Position numbers and translations under genes: made by a program. A DNA stretch of 64,000 bases from Blasia pusilla (Eukaryota): assembly GCA_050084515.1 (NCBI GenBank), contig CM114271.1, forward strand, positions 40,486,001 to 40,550,000, read 5' to 3'. Within the stretch, counting starts at the first letter, position 1, and each line of letters opens with the position of its first letter. The notes under the pieces are model-generated. The model saw nothing but the letters and a program-made list of their open reading frames with translations. It was not told the DNA's origin and searched no databases. Positions 53,784-64,000 of this stretch are shown here, in pieces.

Positions 53784-56700
53784 ATCTTCCCCACATACGG
53801 GTAGATCCACACATAAATGAAACATACTCACGCATATACACTAGGATCCCACAACAAAATCAAGAGTAGTAAAAATGGCTCACTTGGCCTAAAATTCCAC
53901 TCATGAATCTACATCCGCATATCGAACCACATCCACCCTCTGCTATGAGGGAATCCGGATGCTAGCACCCTAACTCCTCCACATCCACACACGTCTATGC
54001 AAGAGAGGGGCTCCTAAGGCTCAATATGAGAAAGATGGCTTGGGAAAGCTATCTTCCTCACTCTTATACCCTTGGGAAGAGCCAAAAGGCTCTTCCCCCA
54101 AAAATTGCCCTACCAAAGGTAACTTGCGTGCACCCGGGTCACATGACGGACTAAAACCAAAAAAGGAAAATTTCCATAAACAACATTCCCGGCACAACAA
54201 ACTTGTCGCCAACCTCATCCGACATCTCGGAACGAAATTACACCCGAACAACCCGTTGACTCTCTATGCCGTCGACGCAATAGAACTCAACCTACGTCGA
54301 AATAAGACATGACAATTGTTGTGCACATACACATCACTACACAACCCACATCGCTGGTCATATCTACACACCACACAACACCAATCTTCCCCAACATATG
54401 GGTAGATCCACATATAAATGAAACATACTCACACATATACACTGGGACCCCACGACCGCGCCCCTAGGTGGAAATTGGGTCCCCCTAACTCCAGATAGCA
54501 CACACATATGCACTTGATAAGATCTCCTATCCTACCCACATCTAGCACCATCGGTGCTGTTATCCCCGCAACCCTGCCACACTACAGCAACCCGCCGTGT
54601 TGATCCCTCCAAAGGGATATAACACTCTCGTACCTTGCTCCGCGCATCTCAACGCTCGTCCCCAACAACAATATCGAAGCTCCGCACCATGGGAAAAGAC
54701 ACCCACCCTGGCATGTCTCTCCGTGGGACTATCCGCTACAGGAATGTCCTTCGCATGTGTGCTCCTCTCCGTGAACCCTCTTGATCAGCCAACACCACGT
54801 GTGAATGCATCTAGCGTGGTCATCGTATCCTCACGTGGTCGACCACCACTACTCCCTGCAAACTGCACCGATAGATGGCTCACATGTCCATCACCTGATC
54901 GTCACCCTGGCCGATAAGAAAGTGTCTCCTCCCAAAAATCCAAAATGAAACCTAGAGGGTACAGCACCGTACTCCCTACCAACACATCATACAGCTCTTC
55001 CGGTGTCGTAATCTCCCGAGTGCGCACCATTGCACTATCCGACTCATGCTCTTGCTAGAGTCTAACCACTAACTCATGTCGAGTCATGTACTACGTGGGT
55101 GATACGCCCCCAATAAAGGTAAGTATCTAAAAGGGAAAACGCTCAATGTCGCATTTCCATAATCCCAACGCCAAACACACCGCCTTCCTTACCAATAAGG
55201 GTTGCGCTCCCGAATCAAGTAGGACGCGCTGCGGGTGGTACACCGTACCGTACCTATGGGACTAACCAAGAAAAACACTCCTGCTCGCTTATCCAAAAAC
55301 ACCACACCTGGTGTGATCATGGCTCGCTCTATCGCTGGCCTAGTTGGCATATCTACCAACTTCGCCGTCGCCGCATGCCATGACTCAGGGCAAGTCCACC
55401 ACCTCCTCAACTACCTTTTGAACGAGAGGCAATCACCTCTCCACACTCACACAACGTGGCGGCCAGCCGGAACACCTACGCTCGTCCAACTCCATGGCAG
55501 AAAACAACGGAGCTTGGCTCAACCTAGTGGCCACCTCCAACAATGTGGTCGACATTGGCTCCTCCCGAGCCGGCATAAGAGTCGTCTCTCCAACTCCTCG
55601 TGACGTCGACATATTTATCCCACCTGTGGGTACTACCAATCGTTGAGGCACCATCGACAGTGTATGTAGTGCCTCCGACAATGTGAACGATTGGGGAACC
55701 TTGACATGCCGACCATCAGTCCTCTCTTGTGGGTCAATCTCAACCCCACCTCTTAGTGGCTCGGTCACTCTCGCAGCACCCCGAGTCACTACCACAACAA
55801 CCTCAACGTGAGCCGCACTACACATAAATCCCATCCCCGCAGAATCCTCATCAACATCATGGTAAGATGTGGAGGCTCGCGCCACACTAGCTACCCTCAG
55901 CTTCGCGCCTGCCTGCAGCTGCATCATCGTCATCGCAACAATCCTCTCCTCCAACTCATCGATGCGGGTAAGGAGCGCTGCATCGGGTGCACGTCCTCCA
56001 TCTCCTGTGGTAGGTGATGGCACTCTACCACCACGATCATCCACCACTCGATCTCCACCAACTCTCTCACCTCCAAGTCTTCTGCCTACCTAAGGACGTA
56101 CCTCCTGACGAAGATCATTATACCTATCCCTAGTGTGACCATATCGATGACAATGTTCACACTACAACTGTGGTGGGGCCATCCTTTGTGGCTCCTGAGC
56201 AATCGAAGGTGCTTGTGGCCCTCTCCCATACTGTGGGCAGTCCCTCTGCCTATGTGGCCCACCACACGTCCAACAAGCCAACCCTGGCCCCTGCTGGGAA
56301 ACATATGTCGGTATGGGCCCTTGCCTCATTAGCTCACAATACCCGCCCTGCTCTCTGGGTCAACCGGCCCGCTCTCGTGGTACTGGTGCATGCTAGGGCA
56401 CCTGTGGGTCTACTCCTACTCGTCGAGCTGTCGAATCCCGTGAAAATTCCGTGGTCATCACCTGCTCCTCACTCATGTTGAGCTCTACACGCTCAGACAA
56501 CTCAAAGACCACCTTCAATGTGGGCTTCGCCGTGTGAAGCAACATCGCATCCCGAACTCTCCTCCGTACCAACGATAACCTGCGTGCACAGATTACGGAG
56601 TGACCGTTGACTCGGTCAACCGGTCATCGGAGGGACTAAAACCAAAATAGGGAAATTTCCATTAACGACGTTCTCGACACAATAGACATGTCGCCAACCT

Positions 56701-56799
56701 CATCGGACATCTCGGGACGAAGTTACATCCGAACAGCCCGTTGACTCTCTATGTTGTCGACGCGATAGAACTCTACCTACGTTGAAATAAGATGTGACA
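53720..56799 (-). mobile_element. Internally deleted LTR retroelement (gag C-terminus, protease, DNMT-like remnant; no RT/RH/IN), TG...CA ends, 4-bp TSD ACCA
   Basis: Full LTR 53720-54314; partial LTR 56567-56799; extra LTR-end copy 54317-54450; zinc knuckle CWTCGGPHRQRDC (~56235-56275); protease-region YDVLVGSTVLYPLGFILDFWEETLSYRPG (~54905-54995); ACCA at 53716-53719 and 56800-56803. Confidence 0.85.
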
Positions 56800-57352
56800 A
56801 CCATCAAATATAATCAAAACCTACCAAAATCCTATCAATGACCCACTAGAAGTTTGTATGGACGTTCTTCAACCCCAATGGTAAGAATTGCCGTTGATAC
56901 ACAAAATCTCTTTGAAATCGATATATCCTCCAAATTTTTGCTTGGTCCCTATCCTTGACCATGATAGGAAGCTAAATGATAGCCAATACAAATTTATAAT
57001 GTACTAGAGAACTTTGCATGCCCAATCTCATCAAAGATTTTTTAAAATAGAACGACCATACTCATTTGACCGCGTTTGTTGACTTATAGGATGATAATCT
57101 CCAAACATCTACTCATCTGCCTAATTTCCATACATATCCTTCTTCATTGACATGATTGCAGATAATACATACTTTCCATGTGATGACTCCTCCCTACCAC
57201 AAGTCCTAACGCCCACTTTGAATCAAGGCTCTCTCCATGGCGGAATACTTGTAGGATCATCAAAAGATTGGCATATCACTAACAAATCTATCAATATGCT
57301 AGGAACTTTCAACGTACCCAAATCCCTAACACTGAAGGTAAACCCAATCTTA

Positions 57353-57700
57353 GGGCCGGGTCCCATAGGCCAGCGTCAGTGCCTGACGCCGGCCATTTTT
57401 GCAGATTATCCGAATCAGACGGTGTAGATTTTTTTAACATCGTCGTCGTCCGTGATTTTCCGCCGACTTCATTGGTTTAAGCACGTCGTCCTTGCTTTTC
57501 TCACGCCCACTTTTTTTGGGCGCAAGAAACGTTTTGCGTCCTTGCCCCCCCTTCTAACTTGTTGTGACCGGTATAGATTCGAAATAACGAGGTCTTTTAG
57601 TTACAATTTTGTCCGTTGGAATGCTTTCGTACATGGACGTTGGGAGAGCCTGGAATTGGCTGAAAAGCTGCCGCCCGACGGGAAATTCTAGCCTAAAGTC
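57353..57700. mobile_element. Possible PIF/Harbinger-like terminus, CpG-rich
   Basis: TTA|GGGCCGGGTCCCA start with hairpin GGCC-A-GCGTCAG-TGC-CTGACGC-C-GGCC (57368-57394); matching other end not found. Confidence 0.3.
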
Positions 57701-59943
57701 ATTTTCTTGGGGTGGCAAGCAACCCCAAGAACCCCAAGTCGTTGTGTAGTTGGAACTCGTCAACCTTACTCAACTCTATTTTATATACCCCACTTTAATC
57801 TCCAATATCATGCTCTATATATGAAAATTGAACATGTGCTACTTTAGCCACATTTGCACTCTGTACTTAAAAGATATGCAATCCACAAAGTCCAGAGTTA
57901 CCTACCTCTTCTCATCACACCCCGAACCATTCGATCAAGCGACTGTATAGGCGATGCCAATAGTTGGATGTGACACGATGAATATTGCTACCATCTTCTT
58001 TTGGTTTGAGACAACTTAAATCCATCATTTGACCAACACTTGTCTATGTAATGCCTTCAATATTTTGATGTTGTAGTCGCACTTGTAGAGATATCCACCT
58101 TTTGCTCCGACTCATCATTAATAGGCTTCTCCACTACTCATGTGTGGTGCTTGGTCACTTGGCGCCACACTTTCACTGACTTTAGGTGCCCAAAATGTTT
58201 TGACACTTAATTTTTGGGTTTTTCTTTGAATTTAAAATACTTCTGTAAGTTGTTTGAACCTTTTTCAAGATGGTTATCATAATTGAAGTTAGGATAAGAA
58301 GATATTTGACAATTACTCAAAATAATTATGCATGATATAATGATTCACTTCCCATTCGAAAGTTACATCAACGATAAATCCCTCTCATATTGCAGACCCT
58401 CTAGTGTTTAGAATGATAGTTTAGAACAACAGTTAGCTAGTCCCCTACCCTAGCAAATTTCCCCAAATTGCCTCAATATGTACATCACAAAATCCTTCTT
58501 CGGAGGGTTTTTTTTTTATCATTCTAAAAGTGACCCAAAAAGAACCCTACTTTCCGTCCCAAGATGGATAGAAGAGTGGAATGTAGCTACCAAGTACAAG
58601 TAGGGTTTCCTCAGTATTTTCCAGTATTTCCAAAGCTATATATATGCTTTCACATGATTCCATCCATTCTCTCATGGCCCTTGTACTTATTTGATTAGTG
58701 CACCACAAATCATCTCGAGACATCTGCACTAAAAGATATTAAACAGTTCTACTTAGAATTGACTAGCAGTAGCAAGAAACGTCAATAAAGTGAGCACGGT
58801 TTGACTAACAAGATTTCAAAACTTATCATGATTTAAATCAACAAAACATGATCAGGAAAAGAGATGAGAAACTAACAATTTGATATGCGTTTTTACCATG
58901 TTCACAATTTGCGAATTCATCCCCACTAATCTCACATTTTATGATTTGAACCTATTTGCATAGTGGGGTAGATCTAAGCTTTGTTGTTGTGTTCCCAAAA
59001 GAGTTCACCTTTAACGCACTACTAAGCAGTCCAACTAAATTATTCCCAACCACATGTATTCCCCCTTCACTTACAAAATATCCACATTGGATAGAAACTT
59101 TACGGTGCAAGGAAAAATAGGAAGCAAACCCAAAAGCAGCGTAGGCATAAATCATGTGACAAATGTGTGATCTTCATTCTCCATTTCCGAGAAGGAAGAT
59201 CACATTTGGCTACCAAATCGCCGTTCAGAAATTGTGACACAGACTTCAAAGACATTGCATAGACCAATATATACCCGAGTCAACAAAAATTGAACTCTAA
59301 GTACACAAGTTTGATGCCTCCCTTGTCATCATCATCACGACCATCAATAAATGTACATGCTATAATAAAAATCCGATCAGCCCTTCCTTTATGATGATCA
59401 AATTGGCATACTATGACCCCAACACTATGGTATGTTGACAAAAGACCAGGGCTGTTTCATGATCAGCAAACCAACCAGTAAGCACCACTTGTAAGACCCA
59501 GGACTTGAACATGAACAAAGATTTTGTGCGATTTCAGTTGGAAATGTCCAGAGACTTATAACCATAATTATTTAGTTGTAAACTTTTTTTTATAGCTCCT
59601 TTCCTAATTCCAAGAAGAAATTTGGTGGTGTAGATGCTGAGAACCACAGCTGATACAACTTACTTCATGTATGAGATTCACTGCAGGGGTAAGCAATTAA
59701 CCTACGATCTACAAGAATGGACACATCATGGAGCATGACAAAACAAAGGAAAGTACAGATTTTACTATAGCATCTGCTAAGCACTCCTATTCACAAGCTG
59801 GAAATCCAGACATTTTATCCATTTTCCTGTAGTAAAAAGCCCAGCTGCATCCAGAGGTAGCTTGTGTACCCATTTGCCCACCCTTGCTTCAACTGTCAGT
59901 CTCAAACCTCACAGCCTCCATTGTATCTTGGTGCATACTACGA

Positions 59944-62900
59944 TCATGTGTGGCCCTTGTAGGAGATGAAGACACTCCACAATGTTCCCAGCAAACCAGC
60001 CGCCGGTACCTGCACAATTCAGCATAACAGCATGTTGAAAATGTTGAGGTATGATAGACTCCAACATTGGTTAGCAACAGGAAGCTTTAGCCTACGCAGT
60101 TCCCAACAGTGTAAACTTGCAGCAAGAGATGGACTTTAGGGTTTAGGGTTTAGGCCAGCTCCCTGCACTATTGCACCCTTAGAACTTCACAACAGACAAT
60201 GCCCCCACATCAAAGCACTCCAGGCAATCTTCGGAGAAGAGGTCATTCCACCACAAGCTCACTTGCAGGAAACAAGCTTGAAACAAGTTTCACAGCCAAG
60301 GGATTTAGAGAGTTTAATGACTCCGCCTAAGAAGTTGTTTTTCCTCTGCCAAAAGGTGAGTACCAACAATTCTCAGGTGGAAGGGAATACCTCACAATAG
60401 AGGAGATTAGCACTAAATTAACAATCCAAAAGACATACTACACGAAGGAGGGGGTTGGAGTCTCCCACAGGAGAAACTGCTACTGACTTCAAAGAGAGGC
60501 TGGAATGCTGGATGGAGGCTGCTAAAATAAGAAACCGGAAAGTATTTCTAACAAGGAGGGTTATATTTGGGTCATTTACTTGTTGCCCCAAAGATAGATG
60601 TTCCTAATTGTAGAAGAGACTTCAGTTAAGGCTTTCTTTAGAGGAACAAACAACAATTGGCTAAAATGACAAAAACATTAGTTACAACTGTACATTTGCA
60701 CATAAAATTCCTACACTACCTTGTCAAGCCTAGATCAACTATCATTCACTTATTCAACATAGTTCCTATCTGAATTATGAAAACAATACACTACACATGA
60801 CTTTTTGTTTGGAATGCACTGCATTCTCAACATACCATGTCCTAGATTACAATGGTAGATCACCAAGAATACAAATTCATAGGATAAAAATGAAGCCAAT
60901 AATTTCTTAGAAAGAGTGATCCCTACTTGGTACTTTACAACAAACCCTATCCCCCGTGACTTCTATCCAAGATGATGTCTTAAGCAAAGCATGGAGAAAT
61001 CCAAAGAAAATGAATTTTCTATTTCACTATGCAGTGACAGTCACTACCTGAAGGTGAGGAGGAACCATTCCAAAATTTACAATCTGAAATGGTATCCACA
61101 CCTTCCAATTGGCCACAACTGTAGGCAACCAGTCCTGCACACATAGTTCATCCCACAGACTCATCAATCTCATGAATGAATCAAATCTCAAACTACTCTA
61201 GAAAATGCTCTTTTTCCAAACATCAGTACAATATAATCTGTCAAACACATGGCAATGGTAGTTCCAAGGTGGAGTTATTGCTTGAAAAATATGGCAGTTA
61301 ACCAAAAAGAAATTTACCTTCTCCAGTTTTCCCACAATCTCCTGTTGCCGGTCCTCCAGGGTAAGGAGAACCACAAAGAAACTAACCATTCCTAAAGGTG
61401 TGAATACAAGCTGTGCACCCACGGCATAACTGAAGTCAGAGTGGCCTCAAGTTTCGTTCATGAACAAATTCCAGAAATGCAAATATACCTATTGAGAAGA
61501 TTTACTTTTAATCTCCACAGGCGAGTATGGTAGAAGGCGTGTATCATAGGGCCATCAATATTATACAATTCATCAGGCATGAAGGTCTGAACTCTGTGCA
61601 GATTGTTCATTCTTCATAGAAAGTGGCTGCGACTACCTACAAAGACCATACTCACTTGGTCCAGGGCAATTCTTAGAAGTATTCCTCCAAGTCCAGGAAC
61701 TTTGATTATTTTTGGTAGTGCTCCATACCTGGGCACATAGACCAATAATTTGACAAAGTTCAAAGGATTGCAGGGCTTCAGTGATTGAAGGAATGAACAT
61801 AGGACTTCAAAAACTAATGTTTTTTATTGGATTGCAAGGTTGACATCAACTGGGAATAGCCTATTCTAAAAAAGTATCTTCGATTTCTCATCATCATCGT
61901 ACTCTCATTCCAACCGCTGATGCACAGAGTATGAGATCATTACCAATGGTCTATCCAAATACGAATTTTAAATTTCGCTGAGGTCAGCAGATCAAGGTTG
62001 AGGGTGCCTTACCAGTAATGGAGCCCAGGCCCACTGAGAAATAACCCGATGGCAACAAAAGAGAATACCCGCTTCCAATCCACCTTATCCAGCTTCTCAA
62101 CAACGACCTAGACATCACCATCAAAAGGACGGTTCGAACAATCCAATCAAACAACATTCCATACTTACTACAAACAGATTGCATGCGAGATGCTCTTTGG
62201 AGCAAAAATAACTAGGTTTTGTGACAACAGCGTATCATAACCAACTGGATCACCTTTCAAACAAAAAAAGTTTGGTATAGCAGCACCTGGCAAAAGATGT
62301 CTGCAATAGCATTCAAGAGACCAGCCGTAATACTCTTGGCAACGAGTGGACGACTCTCCAGGAGACCATTATACCTGGCACAGTCCACTTCCAAGAGATA
62401 AGAGTGGAGATGATCCGACAGGAATGTGGAACATGCAACGCGCGTTTGGGGACTTTGCATCGCCACACCATACCATGGCTGATAATTTTAACAGCTCCAA
62501 TGTTGTACATGCTGGAAACTTGACCTTTACAAGAAGCAACCCGACAGGAGGATGGCAAGATCCAGAGACAGGACACTTTACCCAGGAGCACAGCTATATG
62601 GGAGATACAGGCCAAAATTAGCAGCAGATATCCATTTCCACGATCATGTGCGAAAATGCAGCCCACCTTCGCTGCAATTCCAATATTTACCGATTTGCTG
62701 CAAATTTAAGTTCGAAATCCGCGTCACATGACTGCTCTAGGTCATGGCAGGAGTGTGCAGAAGAAGCAAGTATAGTCAGGATAGATCAAAATATTGAACA
62801 GCAGAAATTTGCGAGTGAAAACCTCACCATCGCAGGTTCTAGAGGTGGCACACGTGACATTAGACGTCTGAAGCTCAAAATCTGAAAATATGCAGGGTAG

Positions 62901-63307
62901 GGCACGATCACTGACCAGATCCACAGTCCCGCTCCAAAAGTGAGACTCGCTTCATCTCCTGATCCGCCATTCAAGCCATCTCCTGGTCCCCCACCGCCGC
63001 CACCGCCACCACGTCCCGCAATGCCTCCACCTCTATCACCTCCCCCGTCGCCTAACGAAGCTTTCTCTGCATTTGCCCTGGCCCACGACATTCCCCTTTC
63101 TCCTAGCCCTAGTATTTTTCCATTTCCAAGCGACGACGTTAAACCCCCGAAATTCGACTGAATGATTCCATTCCGTCTCCCCGAACGCCCGACCGCCTCC
63201 TCTACCCTCCAATTCATCGCGTGGAACGACCATCGCCATACTCCCCCCGCACCCGTGGCAGTTACATTGCCGCAGCCGCATCTCGTTAGACTCATCGTCG
63301 TTGCCAT
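59944..63307 (-). CDS. Mpv17/PMP22-family membrane protein with transit-peptide-like and Gly-rich N-terminus, 297 aa; exons 63307-62916, 62374-62287, 62107-62013, 61728-61656, 61410-61318, 61134-61048, 60009-59944
   Basis: WYNGLLESRPLVAKSITAGLLNAIADIFCQ, DWKRVFSF...GPGLHYWY, ALDQLVFTP, ANWKVWIPFQIVNFGMVPPHLQV...WSVFISY; all six introns GT-AG and in phase (894 nt). Confidence 0.94.
60135..60154 (+). repeat. Short telomere-type repeat (TTTAGGG)x~3 in the last intron of the Mpv17/PMP22 gene
   Basis: tttagggtttagggtttagg. Confidence 0.85.
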
Positions 63308-63559
63308 GGAATGGCTCCCTCATGCGCTTCTCCGTCGCTTGCTCTGTGAGTGATCTTTCTTTCGTTATTTCTTTCTCCGTAGGGTTAGTTTGGAGACTTC
63401 CTCCCTCCCACCTCACCCCAACGACGAATCGCGACCGAAGCTCGGGTGGTCGCGACGTGTACCCTGCATGGACTCGGAGGTGGAAAACCACCGTAGAAGC
63501 AGATGGTGAAACCGAATGCTGCACAGGTGATCGAATTGCGCAGACGCGATGCTCCTGTT

Positions 63560-63975
63560 TCGTGTGACGTCGTGATTTCAGACTGCTTTATGGCAAAAAC
63601 ATTACAGAGGCTGTCGATACTGTGTCTATTGCCCAGCGTGACGTCGTGATGAAATTGTCGTGACCATCTCGGAGCGGCGGTCGTGGTCCTTGAGTCCTCC
63701 TGACCAGCTGAGTCCACGTGCTCTCTGAATTTCTGAAAAGCTAGCCACCGACTTCCACCGTGAGTCCGTGACTCATGCGATCGCAACTCAACGGAAGGTT
63801 TTCACCCATGGAGTATTCACCAATTACTTGCCACGTATACTCCGCCGCGTCACGATCGTACGTTCTGGACACCGATGACCGGAACAAGTCGTCAGGGACG
63901 CCACGTGCATCTCGCTCCTTTAGCGAAAACTGGAAGTGATACGTTTCATGAATCCAAAGCTTTCACGTGGCGCCT
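63560..63975 (-). promoter_or_regulatory. ACGT-core (G-box/ABRE/C-box) cluster upstream of the Mpv17/PMP22 gene
   Basis: GTGACGTCGTGAT at 63564 and 63638; CACGTG 63715; GCCACGT 63830 and 63900; CACGTGGC 63964. Confidence 0.55.
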
Positions 63976-64000
63976 TCACCAGAGCTTTCTTGGGTCGTGA

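Noticed and set aside
58952-59155. Hydrophobic ORF as a candidate last exon of the Mpv17/PMP22 gene
   Set aside because: The exon at 60009-59944 has a proper acceptor, the family-typical W..FISY motif and a stop

Overview
Eukaryotic nuclear DNA from a land plant, most likely a non-seed plant such as a liverwort or other bryophyte (inferred from gene and TE content, not proven). There are three spliced host genes: the 3' end of a HEATR6-like HEAT-repeat gene (+, to 2379), a membrane-anchored MORN-repeat gene (+, 47514-49878) and an Mpv17/PMP22-family gene (-, 63307-59944). Between them lies TE-rich DNA: a near full-length decayed APE-type LINE at the edge of a (CT)98 tract, a full-length decayed chromodomain Ty3/Gypsy element nested in another LTR, a transposase remnant, a small Helitron, MITE-like repeats and fold-back scars. 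The most notable signal is a retroelement family present three times (53720-56799, ~39500-40593, ~15528-15800). The longest copy reads gag zinc knuckle > aspartic protease > remnant resembling the N-terminus of a C5 cytosine DNA methyltransferase; the clearest motif (LLDLFGGINT...YLYLEID) is in the 39.5-kb copy. The family also has an internal LTR-end/LTR-start junction where a polypurine tract would be expected. All homology calls are by eye and need HMM/BLAST confirmation.
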